From a bacterium (GTDB lineage: Bacteria; Patescibacteriota; CPR2; UBA1875; JAJYID01): a stretch of DNA of 64,000 nucleotides. Positions 28,173 to 37,705 of this stretch are shown in pieces. Every line of letters begins with the position of its first letter. Position 1 is the first letter of the stretch. Below the pieces are notes generated by a model, which searched no databases, was not told the DNA's origin, and saw only the letters and a list, made by a program, of their open reading frames with translations. Both the position numbers and the translations under genes were made by a program. The stretch lies in contig JAJYLR010000003.1 of the NCBI GenBank assembly GCA_021787535.1, positions 56-64,055 of the forward strand, written 5' to 3'.

Positions 28173-28784
28173 ATGTTTGTTGAATCTTTAGCTCATTTTA
28201 TAATGTCAGCTATCTCATCTTTCGGATATCTGGGAGTTTTTTTGGCGATGGCGGTAGAATCAGCATGTATACCTTTGCCATCTGAAATCATCATGCCTTT
28301 TTCGGGATTTTTAGCTTTCAAAGGTGAGTTTAATCTGGTTTTAGTTGGGGTTGTCGGGGCTTTCGGTAACCTGGCCGGATCCTTAATCGCCTATTACATC
28401 GGCAAATGGGGTGGACTGCCTCTAGTGGAAAAATATGGCAAATACATTTTAATCTCGCATCATGACATCAAAAAGGCCCACAAATGGTTTGATCGCCACG
28501 GCAAAAGTACTGTATTTTTTACCCGTCTCATCCCGGTTGTCAGAACTTTCATTTCATTTCCGGCCGGCGTCAGCGAGATGAATGTAGTGACATTTTCGAT
28601 TTACACATTTCTCGGCGCGCTGCCCTGGTCTCTCTTGCTTGCTTATGTCGGATATAAACTCGGGGCAAACTGGAATACCCTGGGAGCATATTTTCATAAG
28701 GCAGATTTGGCAGTTGGTATAGTGATTATTATCGCGATTGCGTGGTACATTAGAAGACACGTTAAGCATCTTAAGAAAGATTAA
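28173..28784 (+). CDS. DedA/SNARE-associated family membrane protein
   Basis: GYLGVFLAMAVESACIPLPSEII...G.L..VVRTFISFPAG. The track ORF starts at 28107. Confidence 0.7.
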   Translation: MFVESLAHFIMSAISSFGYLGVFLAMAVESACIPLPSEIIMPFSGFLAFKGEFNLVLVGVVGAFGNLAGSLIAYYIGKWGGLPLVEKYGKYILISHHDIKKAHKWFDRHGKSTVFFTRLIPVVRTFISFPAGVSEMNVVTFSIYTFLGALPWSLLLAYVGYKLGANWNTLGAYFHKADLAVGIVIIIAIAWYIRRHVKHLKKD

Positions 28785-28851
28785 GATTTAATTTTCAATT
28801 TACAATTTGAAATTTTCAGTCGATTATTAAATAATAAATTTTCTAGTAAAG

Positions 28852-28876
28852 GATTCTGGTCAAGCCAGAATGACAG
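28852..28876. repeat. Repeat unit GATTCTGGTCAAGCCAGAATGACA
   Basis: One substitution relative to the 17171 copy. About 60 nt upstream of the M16 peptidase gene. Confidence 0.55.
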
Positions 28877-28934
28877 AATAAAAATTCTAAATTTCAGATT
28901 CCCATTCAAAATACTAAATACGAGATACCAATCA

Positions 28935-30194
28935 ATGATCGAACGGCATACATTAAAAAATGGACTTAGGGTCATGGAGCAAAGACAAAAAAATACCTTT
29001 GCCTGCAGTGTCTTGGTGATGGTGAAAACCGGTTCGCGTAATGAAACTGAGCAAATCCATGGTATCTCACATTTCTTAGAGCATATGTCTTTTAAAGGAA
29101 CTAAAAAAAGGCCCTCTTTTCAGGTCATTACCAGGGAAGTTGATTCTCTGGGTGCTCTTCACAATGCCTTTACCGGGAAAGAATATACGGGCTATTATCT
29201 AAAAGCTGACAACGAACATTTTGAGCAGTCGCTGGATATTCTATCCGACATAGCTTTCCATTCTAAACTGGAGGAGGCGGAAATTAGCAAAGAAAAAGGC
29301 ACTATCATAGAGGAAATCAATATGTATGAAGATGATCCCTCTACCCTGGTGTATCTTCTTTTTGATACTTTGCTTTATAAAAATCAACTCGTTGCCCAAG
29401 ATGCTTTAGGCCGAAAAGAGTCGGTCCAAGCTATGAGCCATGATGCCATGAGTGCTTACCGCAACAGGTACTATAAATCTGATAATGTGATCGTTTCCTG
29501 TGTCGGCAATCTTCCCCAAAACTATCTTAAATTAATCAATAAATACTTTGGCGATATTGAGGTTGGCGGAGAAAAATATTTGCCGGCAAAAGAAAACGAA
29601 ATGTATGAGCGCCGCGTCATTTTAAGAGAAAAGGACACAGAACAGTCCCATATCGCTTTGGGCATCGAGTCTTTTGATATCTATCACAAAGAAAGATACG
29701 CTGCTGATATTTTGTCGGTCATTTTAGGAGGCAATGCAAGTTCTCGGCTGATGACTGAAATCAGAGAAAAAAGAGGATTGGCTTACTTTGTGGCATCCAT
29801 GGTCGATAGAGGATCAGACAATGGAGCTTTCCTTGTGAAAGCTGACTTGAATCTGAAAGGGACCGAGGAGGGCATAAAAATTATTTTGAATGAGATGCAG
29901 AAAATGAAGCAGGAAATTACCGAAGAGGACCTCAAAAGAGCCAAAGATTATATCAAAGGATCACTGGCTCTTTCTGAAGAAAATTCCCTTGTTGTGTCCG
30001 AAAAAAATGCTCTTGAAGATATTTTGGGCGCCAAGGCTCTGTCTCTTTCCGAGCGAATCAAGAAGTATGAAGCGGTTAACTTGAGCGATGTTGAAAAAAT
30101 GGCCCGAGAAATTTTAATTCCCTCAAAAATGAAGCTGGCTATAATAGGACCCTTTAAAACGCCAGAAAAATTTGCTAAAATACTGGAAAGCTGA
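28935..30194 (+). CDS. M16 family zinc peptidase (insulinase-like)
   Basis: Inverted zinc motif HFLEHMSFKGT. Two-domain length of about 420 aa. Confidence 0.8.
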   Translation: MIERHTLKNGLRVMEQRQKNTFACSVLVMVKTGSRNETEQIHGISHFLEHMSFKGTKKRPSFQVITREVDSLGALHNAFTGKEYTGYYLKADNEHFEQSLDILSDIAFHSKLEEAEISKEKGTIIEEINMYEDDPSTLVYLLFDTLLYKNQLVAQDALGRKESVQAMSHDAMSAYRNRYYKSDNVIVSCVGNLPQNYLKLINKYFGDIEVGGEKYLPAKENEMYERRVILREKDTEQSHIALGIESFDIYHKERYAADILSVILGGNASSRLMTEIREKRGLAYFVASMVDRGSDNGAFLVKADLNLKGTEEGIKIILNEMQKMKQEITEEDLKRAKDYIKGSLALSEENSLVVSEKNALEDILGAKALSLSERIKKYEAVNLSDVEKMAREILIPSKMKLAIIGPFKTPEKFAKILES

Positions 30195-30239
30195 AGTAAA
30201 TCTTTAATTTGAGATTCGAAATTTATAATTTAAAGAAAA

Positions 30240-30264
30240 GATTCTGGTCAAGCCAGAATGACAA
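30240..30264. repeat. Repeat unit GATTCTGGTCAAGCCAGAATGACA overlapping the annotated ndk start
   Basis: The ATG of the GAATGACA motif is in frame with ndk. Confidence 0.55.
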
Positions 30265-30278
30265 AAAAAGGACAACTT

Positions 30279-30779
30279 ATGTCGTCACATATAGAAAAAA
30301 CTTTAGTGCTTTTGAAGCCGGATGCAGTGCAAAGGGGTTTGATTGGAAAGGTTATCTCAAGATTTGAAGACGCGGGCTTAAAAATTATCGGACTGAAAAT
30401 GGTGCAGGCGGATGAAGCCAGGGCTCTGGAACATTATGACGAAGACCTAGCCAGAAGGAGAGGCGAGCATATCAGAAAGTATAATGTTGACTTCCTCACC
30501 TCCGGACCGGTTGTGGCTATGGTTATAGAAGGTGTCAATGCCATCGAGAATATCAGGAAAATGTGCGGGACGACCGAACCGAAGTCCTCGCCACCTGGAA
30601 CCATAAGAGGCGATTTTTCCCACGTCAGTTACGGCCACTGCGATGATAAAAAAATGGTAACCAGAAATATCATCCATGCTTCCGAAGACAAGAAATTTGC
30701 TGAGAAAGAAATAAAGATCTGGTTCAAACCGGAAGAAATTACCGATTACACGGCTGTCCATGAAGTGCATACGAGGTAA
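30279..30779 (+). CDS. ndk: Nucleoside diphosphate kinase
   Basis: TLVLLKPDAVQRGLIGKVISRFEDAGLKII with the catalytic His in NIIHASED. The track ORF begins at 30258, at an ATG contributed by the upstream repeat. The biological start is probably the ATG at 30279. Confidence 0.85.
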   Translation: MSSHIEKTLVLLKPDAVQRGLIGKVISRFEDAGLKIIGLKMVQADEARALEHYDEDLARRRGEHIRKYNVDFLTSGPVVAMVIEGVNAIENIRKMCGTTEPKSSPPGTIRGDFSHVSYGHCDDKKMVTRNIIHASEDKKFAEKEIKIWFKPEEITDYTAVHEVHTR

Positions 30780-30893
30780 AATGATCAATAACCAATTGCC
30801 AATATCCAATCAATGTTAAATAACTGAGTTTTAAAATTTCAAATTGGGATTTGATTAGTCATTGGTAATTGAAAATTAGAAATTTACAAACCT

Positions 30894-30968
30894 GCCCCCA
30901 TAGTTCAAGGGATAGAACAAGGGACTCCTAAGCCCTAGATCTAAGTTCGAGTCTTAGTGGGGGCACCA
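30894..30968 (+). tRNA. tRNA-Arg (anticodon CCT)
   Basis: GCCCCCATAGTTCAAGGGATAGAACAAGGGACTCCTAAGCCCT...TAAGTTCGAGTCTTAGTGGGGGCACCA. Anticodon loop CUCCUAA, with one mismatch at the base of the anticodon stem. Confidence 0.7.
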
Positions 30969-30997
30969 GGTATTAATTCAAAATTCATAATTATATT

Positions 30998-31330
30998 ATG
31001 TCGCTTTCGTTACATCATTTCATTCATACTCATAATGTTGATGAGGAAAAATTTGAACGTCTGCATACGAAAAAGTACGTTCGATTCTTTGATAAATTTA
31101 TTTTTCTTATTGCCTTTATCGGGCCTTTAGCTACAGCGCCTCAAGCTTTTCAGATATTTATTACTCATAACGCAAGCGGAGTGTCTGCTGTAACATGGCT
31201 TTTCTATGACTTTGTCCAGCTGTCATGGCTCTTATATGGTATCGCGCATAGAGATAAGCCCATTATTTTGAGTAATATATTTTGGGTTTTTTGGCAAACT
31301 CTGGTCTTAATCGGCGCTATAATTTACTAA
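30998..31330 (+). CDS. PQ-loop (SemiSWEET/MtN3-like) small membrane protein
   Basis: GPLATAPQAFQIFITH and three TM segments. Confidence 0.4.
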   Translation: MSLSLHHFIHTHNVDEEKFERLHTKKYVRFFDKFIFLIAFIGPLATAPQAFQIFITHNASGVSAVTWLFYDFVQLSWLLYGIAHRDKPIILSNIFWVFWQTLVLIGAIIY

Positions 31331-31381
31331 TTTTAGATATCTGATTATTAATTTATTTTTAACATAAGATAAGGTGATAAT

Positions 31382-31774
31382 ATGAAAGACATGAAGAAAG
31401 ACAAAAACCTAATAGGGCCTGAAAATTGGCCGAAAATACCGATTGTAGAAATAAAGGGCGTAAAAGAAGCAAAGAAGCTGGATTCAAAGATGTCTATGGA
31501 AGAAGGTGAAAAGGTTTTAAAGTCTTGGGAAGATATTGCTGTCCTCAAAGCTTCGCCAGATATACCTTTTTATGTTGGTTTTATTGCGGGTAATCACTCG
31601 CAGTTTTTAAAATATGATACTGAAACTGCAGGCGGTATGTTTGGTATGCGAGTCGGCCCGGAAGATGTAAAGTTCTTTATTTTGCCCAAGGACCTAAAGA
31701 CTGAAATGAATCTTGAGCTTATAGAGATGACAGCTATTGATAACCCAAAGTATCAAGATTTGCCTCTTTATTGA
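31382..31774 (+). CDS. Hypothetical protein
   Basis: 130-aa ORF. RBS AAGGTGATAATATG. Confidence 0.4.
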   Translation: MKDMKKDKNLIGPENWPKIPIVEIKGVKEAKKLDSKMSMEEGEKVLKSWEDIAVLKASPDIPFYVGFIAGNHSQFLKYDTETAGGMFGMRVGPEDVKFFILPKDLKTEMNLELIEMTAIDNPKYQDLPLY

Positions 31775-31889
31775 TAGTCACAAAGTTTGGTATCATTTCA
31801 TCACTGTTGATTTTTGAGGTCGAATCGGGTAAAATTATAACAAATGGAGGCCTAGCCTCCCTTTATTTTCCTATTACTAGGAGGCTACC

Positions 31890-32735
31890 TTGGAAATTTT
31901 AGCGGAAGGCAAGACGAAGAGGATTATTCCTGTCGTATTAATTTATTCAAAAGACGACGTGACGGCTGGAGACGGCAACCGGCAAATCAAGCTGCAAGAT
32001 AAGGGCCGGTTTGCCAATGAAACGACCTGCAATGTCTTTGAATTCTTAAAGACGCAGTTCATTCCAATGGCTTACCTAGGCAGATTCAACGAACTGGCTT
32101 TTATAGCCGAGGAGTTGAAAATGCTGCCGCTCGAGTTTGTGGCCAGACGGGTTGCCTGGGGATCGTTCATGGACAGAGCGGAGGATGGCGTCAAGAAGGG
32201 TGACAGGTTCGAAACGGTTGTCACTGAGATGTTCCTAAAAGATGACAGCCGGCATGATCCGCTGATAGTTTACAGCGAAGAACGCGGGCAATACCTTCTC
32301 TATGATGCCCATAAAACGCTTTCGTCGGGTGAAATCGGCGTTTTTGATCCTGAGTCTATTGGTTACACGCTTGCTGATTTTCGAGCGCTCGAGCTGAAAC
32401 TTAAGAGTTTAACGGCAGAGATCTTTATCGCTCTCGAAGGGGAACTCTTAAAGCAAGATGTTATGCTTGTTGACTTCAAGGTTGAGTTTGGAGTTGACTC
32501 TGCCGGCAAAGTTAAGCTCGGTGATGTTATCGACGCTGACTCATGGCGGGCTTGGATAGGCGGTGATCCGGAGCAAGGCATTGATAAGCAGTACTTTCGG
32601 GATAATCCTGATTTTAACAGTGATCATCTTGAAAAACTCTATGCCAAATATCGGCAAGCCACTGAAATCACCAGCCGTTTTACCGGTTTGGATCTAAGCG
32701 AAGTTGACTTGGGATTTCAGATCAGGCCTGCTTAA
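31890..32735 (+). CDS. purC: Phosphoribosylaminoimidazole-succinocarboxamide synthase (SAICAR synthetase)
   Basis: N-terminal EGKTKRII and a C-terminal LVDFKVEFGVD...GKVKLGDVIDADSWRAW signature. TTG start after AGGAGG. Confidence 0.7.
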   Translation: MEILAEGKTKRIIPVVLIYSKDDVTAGDGNRQIKLQDKGRFANETTCNVFEFLKTQFIPMAYLGRFNELAFIAEELKMLPLEFVARRVAWGSFMDRAEDGVKKGDRFETVVTEMFLKDDSRHDPLIVYSEERGQYLLYDAHKTLSSGEIGVFDPESIGYTLADFRALELKLKSLTAEIFIALEGELLKQDVMLVDFKVEFGVDSAGKVKLGDVIDADSWRAWIGGDPEQGIDKQYFRDNPDFNSDHLEKLYAKYRQATEITSRFTGLDLSEVDLGFQIRPA

Positions 32736-33061
32736 GGAGTGTGAAGTATGAGAGTGATTTGTGAAGCGAATTAGCTTTCTCCGGTAGCACAACTGATGAA
32801 GGATAATGTTGCAGCATTATTCCCAAAGTCAATGTTCGAAGGAGGTGACAAAGATGCCGTGCGGCTTTCTTAATCCCGACGAACTTCCGGCTGATCTTAG
32901 CAGACTGGATTTCGACCTCGATCCTGAAGTCGAGGAAGAGCTAAGGGAGATGGACGAGGCAGATCCGTGGTAGCGGGGAAGAGGATTTTGGGCATTGGGC
33001 CGGCGCTTTTTAAAAGCGCCGGCCCATTTAAATTTAGGCAACTTGTGCTATACTTTTTCTA

Positions 33062-33621
33062 TGGCAGAAGACTTTCCTGGACAAAACACAGGTGAAAAAA
33101 CCATCAAAACCTTTAGAAAAAATCCTCTAACTCTTACTAAAAGGATCTTAAAATTTTTGATATTTTTAGTTGTTTCAATCTTTTTTCTTACTTACATCAG
33201 CCAGCTTGAAATTCTATCGTTTGCCGCAAGCTACATTAATATCGCTGCTCTCGCCGGTGTTGTTTTTTCCTTTTCCTACGGATTTTATGTTTGGATGACT
33301 TGGTATTATGACGTATATATTTTAACCAGCGAGAGAATTATCGAGGCGCGCCAAAAGGGATTTTTTAGCCGCGAGGTCAAAGAAATAGATCTCCATAAAA
33401 TCCAGGACATTACCTATAATGTCTCGGGCTTTATTGCAACTATTATCGGACTCGGCAATGTGCATATTAAGTCCGTGTCCGGTCTTGAGATAGAAATGGA
33501 GCGAGTGGGTAAGCCCTCGGTCGTTCGCGAAGTTATATTAAAACTAGCCGAGAAAAAAGCAAAAAAGGAGCTCTCCGCCGATGATATTGCGAAAGCTCTG
33601 GCAGAGCGGCTTACGAGCTAG
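33062..33621 (+). CDS. Bacterial PH-domain (bPH_2/YdbS-like) membrane protein
   Basis: Two TM segments then YYDVYILTSERIIEARQKGFFSREVKEIDLHKIQDI. The track ORF starts at 32995. Confidence 0.5.
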
Positions 33622-33680
33622 CAATTTTCTTATTGCTCGGGTACAGAAAAAATAATATTATTAAATGAGTATTTAAAGGG

Positions 33681-34781
33681 ATGGAGAAAATGGCAGAAAA
33701 AAAGAAAGCAGGTTCTTTAGCGAAAAAAGCCGGCGCAGTTGCGGGGCTGGCGAAAAATAAGGTAAAAAAGCTATCCGACAGCGATAAAAAAAGCAGTGGA
33801 GCGGGCAAAAAAGATAAGGTCCTAGCTTTTTTTCAGACAAAGGCGGGGTTGGCTGTCGGGACGCTTATAGCTCTCGCTCTGATAATCTTCGCTGTTTTTA
33901 CAGCCGGAATTTATAAATTTGGATGGAGCGATGATGCAACTCTGGCTCTGGCGAGAGTTGTACCGTATCCGGCGATATTTGTTAACGGTCATGTAGTTTC
34001 CTATGCCAAATATGAGGATTATCAGAAAGCTTATATGACCTATGTAAAAGAATTCTACATTAAAGAGCAGCAAAAGATGGATGTTAACTCTGCTGATGCC
34101 AAAAAAATCTTAGCCGATGCTCAAAGCAGAGTTCAAGACATATTAGTGAGAAATGCTGTCATTGAAAATGAAGCTAAAAAACGCCATATTAAATACACCC
34201 GGAAAGATATTGATGATTCCTTTAATGATTTTGTAAAAAGAACCGGGGGGGATCAAGAAGTCGCAAAAAACCTTAAAAAGTATTACGGCCTGACGGTTGA
34301 GAGGTTTAAGCAAGAATTTTATGTGGACACGTTCCTTTCCGGCAAGCTGCAAAATGATATTCAAAACGATAAATCTCTAAATGCCGATGCCAAAAAGAAG
34401 GCCGAGGATGTGCTGGCTAAAGTGAAGGCCGGCCAGGATTTTGCCGAACTGGCTAAAAAATACAGCGATGATTCAACGGCTTCAAAGGGCGGCGACTTGG
34501 GATTTGTTAAGAAAGGTACTCTTGTGCCTGAGTTTGAAGACGCTCTCTGGAAGCTGAAAAATCCCGGGGATGTCTCGGGACTAGTCAAAACTGTTTATGG
34601 CTATCACATTATTAAACTGACAGCTATTAATGGCGATGAAAGGCAGGCCAGCCATATCTTAATCAAAACCATGGACTATGACAGCTGGTTGAATGACCAG
34701 GTAAAAAAAGCCAAAGTCTCTTATTGGGTGAAGGAGTTCAAAAGTAATAACCCTACATCCCAACCTACTTCGGGAAAATAA
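33681..34781 (+). CDS. PpiC-type peptidyl-prolyl isomerase (PrsA/SurA-like foldase)
   Basis: Parvulin domain: FAELAKKYSDDSTASKGGDLGFVKKGTLVPEFEDALWKLKNPGDVSGLVKTVYGYHIIKL. Confidence 0.7.
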   Translation: MEKMAEKKKAGSLAKKAGAVAGLAKNKVKKLSDSDKKSSGAGKKDKVLAFFQTKAGLAVGTLIALALIIFAVFTAGIYKFGWSDDATLALARVVPYPAIFVNGHVVSYAKYEDYQKAYMTYVKEFYIKEQQKMDVNSADAKKILADAQSRVQDILVRNAVIENEAKKRHIKYTRKDIDDSFNDFVKRTGGDQEVAKNLKKYYGLTVERFKQEFYVDTFLSGKLQNDIQNDKSLNADAKKKAEDVLAKVKAGQDFAELAKKYSDDSTASKGGDLGFVKKGTLVPEFEDALWKLKNPGDVSGLVKTVYGYHIIKLTAINGDERQASHILIKTMDYDSWLNDQVKKAKVSYWVKEFKSNNPTSQPTSGK

Positions 34782-34968
34782 TTAAAAATTCCAATATAAA
34801 TTTTAAAATCATTTGATTTTCCAAAAATCTTATTTTAAAATTTTTACAAGGGTGATTGAGAGCTTTCTGTAAACTTACAGAGCCTTCAAGCAAGCTAGAA
34901 AAGATCCGCCGTGCGCGGGTCTTTTTTAACTCTTTTTTCACGTCTTTTACTTTGCTACAATAGTTCTT

Positions 34969-36588
34969 ATGAAACTAAAGGATTTGGCAACTGATAAATT
35001 TCGCTGGCTGGCACTTGTGGTGTTGGCTCTATCACTTGCCATTGTGGTGATCGACAATAGCGTTTTAAATGTGGCGGTGCCCTATATTATCCGTGACCTC
35101 AAAACAAATCTCTCTTCAATGGAATGGGTTATCTCCGGTTACGCTCTGATTATCGCCACACTTCTCATCACAGTTGGGCGGTTGGGTGACATCTATGGCC
35201 GCAGAAAAATCTTTATGGTCGGACTCGTCTTTTTTGCCATCGGTTCATTTATCGCTTCTATTGCTCCGAATGTAGGGATTCTGTTTTTCGGCGAGGCGTT
35301 TGTAGAAGCTATCGGCGCCTCAATGATGCTGACTTCGTCACTATCACTAATTGTGACAGAGTTTCGCGGCCGTGAAAGAGCCATAGCCTTTGGCGTCTGG
35401 GGATCGGTGGCCGGAGCGGCGGCAGCGCTTGGGCCGCTTCTCGGAGGATATTTTACATCATATTATTCCTGGCGCTGGTCGCTCAGGATTAATGTAGTCG
35501 TAGCGATCGTGGCTATCCTCGGATGTGTCTTTGTGAAGGAAGCCAAAGGGGAACAGGAGAAGCACTTCGACTTTCCGGGCATGTTTCTCTCCGGCGCCGG
35601 ACTCTTTTCTCTCGTCTTTGCTTTAATCGAAGGAAAAAAATACGGCTGGTTTGGCGTCAATGAGATTTTTAAAATAGACAGCTGGCAGTGGCCTTTCACT
35701 CGGGTATCGGTCATACCTTTTGCATTTTTAGCGGCGGCTGTTCTTCTGGCGGGATTTTTCCTCTGGGAGTACAGGCTGGAAAAGGCCGGACGAGCTCCTT
35801 TGATGAGGCCGTCAATTTTTAAAAATATCAGTTTTAGTGTCGGGCTTGCCACGGTTGTAATCATTGGTCTCGGACAGTTTGGCATTTTCTTCGTGATGCC
35901 GATATATTTGCAAAATGTGCTTGGACTGGACGCTTTTCACACGGGTCTCCTTTTCTTGATCGCGGCGGCTACTATGTTTGTGGTGGGGCCGGTGACCGGT
36001 TTTATCGCATCAAGAATCAGTCCGAAATGGATAGTGACAAGCGGTATGTTTATTCTAGCTGCCGGCGCACTTCTGCTGCGCAGTGAACTCTCGTCTACTG
36101 CCACCGGGTGGACTCTGGCGCCGGGGCTTTTTGTCTTCGGGGTTGGTATGGCGATGGCTTCGGCTCAGCTGACCAATATAGTGCTTTCTTCCGTTCCGCA
36201 GAAACTTTCAGGTGAAGCCTCTGCCATAAATGCCACGGCGCGCCAGGTCGGCACCAGCGTCGGTATCGCCATTATCGGCATGGTTCTGGCCGGAGCTATT
36301 ACAACCGGCGTTCAAAATAATGTTAAAAATGACTCTAAACTTCCGCTTCCCGTCAAAAACAAAGTTATCGAATCTGCCGGCTCAACAAGCTTTGAAGGAG
36401 GGCAGTTTAGCCAAGAAGAACAAAAAGCTCCGGTAGAAATTGTGGATGCAATAAAGTCGGATGTTGAAAACGCCATCGTTGATGCTTCCAAGGAAGCCAT
36501 TGCGATAGCCACTGCCTTTATAGTACTCGGCGGCTTCATATCTGTCTTTACCAAAAAGCCCGTTGGTGAGAAAAGTCAAAAGAGCTAG
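34969..36588 (+). CDS. MFS transporter (DHA2-like, 14 TM)
   Basis: GRLGDIYGRRKIF motif A and 14 predicted helices. Confidence 0.75.
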   Translation: MKLKDLATDKFRWLALVVLALSLAIVVIDNSVLNVAVPYIIRDLKTNLSSMEWVISGYALIIATLLITVGRLGDIYGRRKIFMVGLVFFAIGSFIASIAPNVGILFFGEAFVEAIGASMMLTSSLSLIVTEFRGRERAIAFGVWGSVAGAAAALGPLLGGYFTSYYSWRWSLRINVVVAIVAILGCVFVKEAKGEQEKHFDFPGMFLSGAGLFSLVFALIEGKKYGWFGVNEIFKIDSWQWPFTRVSVIPFAFLAAAVLLAGFFLWEYRLEKAGRAPLMRPSIFKNISFSVGLATVVIIGLGQFGIFFVMPIYLQNVLGLDAFHTGLLFLIAAATMFVVGPVTGFIASRISPKWIVTSGMFILAAGALLLRSELSSTATGWTLAPGLFVFGVGMAMASAQLTNIVLSSVPQKLSGEASAINATARQVGTSVGIAIIGMVLAGAITTGVQNNVKNDSKLPLPVKNKVIESAGSTSFEGGQFSQEEQKAPVEIVDAIKSDVENAIVDASKEAIAIATAFIVLGGFISVFTKKPVGEKSQKS

Positions 36589-37634
36589 ATTTTAAATAAT
36601 AGGAAAATACCGGCTGCATAGACTAAAATTTCCAAGACTGAATCCCAGCCCAAACGGAGGTGGCGCTTTTTTAATTTAAAAATAAAAGCAACTCCGTAAA
36701 TAGCCATAAGAGCGACACCGAGGTCGCCAAGGAAAATAGTTTGGTGATCTGCATATGAAAGAACCGGTTTTTTCGCTAAAATATCTGCTATTAAAAATAT
36801 TACCAGCATAAAGGCGTTGCCGCCAAGAATGTCGCTGATAGCAAGGTGGTTATCTCCGATAAAAATCGACTCAAGACCGGTGCTTATTTCCGGTAGAGAA
36901 GTCACAAGCGCCAGAGCAGTAGCTGCAAAAATACCGGTGCCGATGCCGAAGTGATTGGCGATGGCTACGCCGGATTCTTCAAGCAGGACGCCGGCCGCTA
37001 GAGTGGCAATGGAAGCAGCAGCGAAAATTAAAACCACATGCAAAGTCGACTTTTTGGCATAGAAAGGATGATTTTCGGTCTTACGGCGTTCTCTGCGGCT
37101 GCGGCCCGGAGCGGCGTCTTCAACACTTACCGCCAGACGCGGATTTTCTCTCGCTTTATTTATAATGAAAAGGCCGGCCACCCAAGCAATAACGATTATG
37201 ATCGAAAAGGGATTGAGGTGAAGAAATGACTTTGCGGCCGGAACGAAAGCGCCGGCAACGGCAAGTAAAGTTAAGACAATGGCAAAAAGAGCTTCAAAGA
37301 GCAGCTCTACCGATCCGGCCAAGTATGAAAGCGGCTTTTTGCCCTTTATAGCAAAGTCGAAAATAACAATAACGAGAGTTTGAAAAGCGATGCCGCCCAG
37401 GAGATTGCCAATTATGACCGGTATGTCTCCGCGAATGGCAGCACTCGACACAATAGCCAGTTCCGGCAGGCTGCCGGCAATACCAAGCAAGATCAGACCG
37501 CCCAAAGCATCGCCAAGTTTGAAACGGGTGTCCAGCGAATCGGTGGTTTTGGTCAGCGCAATCCCGGCAAACCAGGTGACAGCCGATGCAGCGACGAAAA
37601 TGATTATCAAAAAGATAATATTCATGCCTTCCAT
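36585..37634 (-). CDS. Na+/Ca2+ exchanger (CaCA family) membrane protein
   Basis: Two alpha-repeat signatures, GDALGGLILLGIAGSLPELAIV and GNLLGGIAFQTLVI. Confidence 0.65.
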   Translation of the reverse strand: MEGMNIIFLIIIFVAASAVTWFAGIALTKTTDSLDTRFKLGDALGGLILLGIAGSLPELAIVSSAAIRGDIPVIIGNLLGGIAFQTLVIVIFDFAIKGKKPLSYLAGSVELLFEALFAIVLTLLAVAGAFVPAAKSFLHLNPFSIIIVIAWVAGLFIINKARENPRLAVSVEDAAPGRSRRERRKTENHPFYAKKSTLHVVLIFAAASIATLAAGVLLEESGVAIANHFGIGTGIFAATALALVTSLPEISTGLESIFIGDNHLAISDILGGNAFMLVIFLIADILAKKPVLSYADHQTIFLGDLGVALMAIYGVAFIFKLKKRHLRLGWDSVLEILVYAAGIFLLFKI

Positions 37635-37705
37635 AGGTTTTATTATAAGCGAAAGAATTTAATATGGTAGAGTTATCGTAAAAGTTTTATTTCCATTTGC
37701 CTTAA

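Noticed and set aside
32853-32973. Apparent small acidic ORF after a GGAGG RBS (MPCGFLNPD...)
   Set aside because: On careful reading the frame hits TGA after 13 codons (..GAC GGA ACT TCC GGC TGA). It is not a gene.
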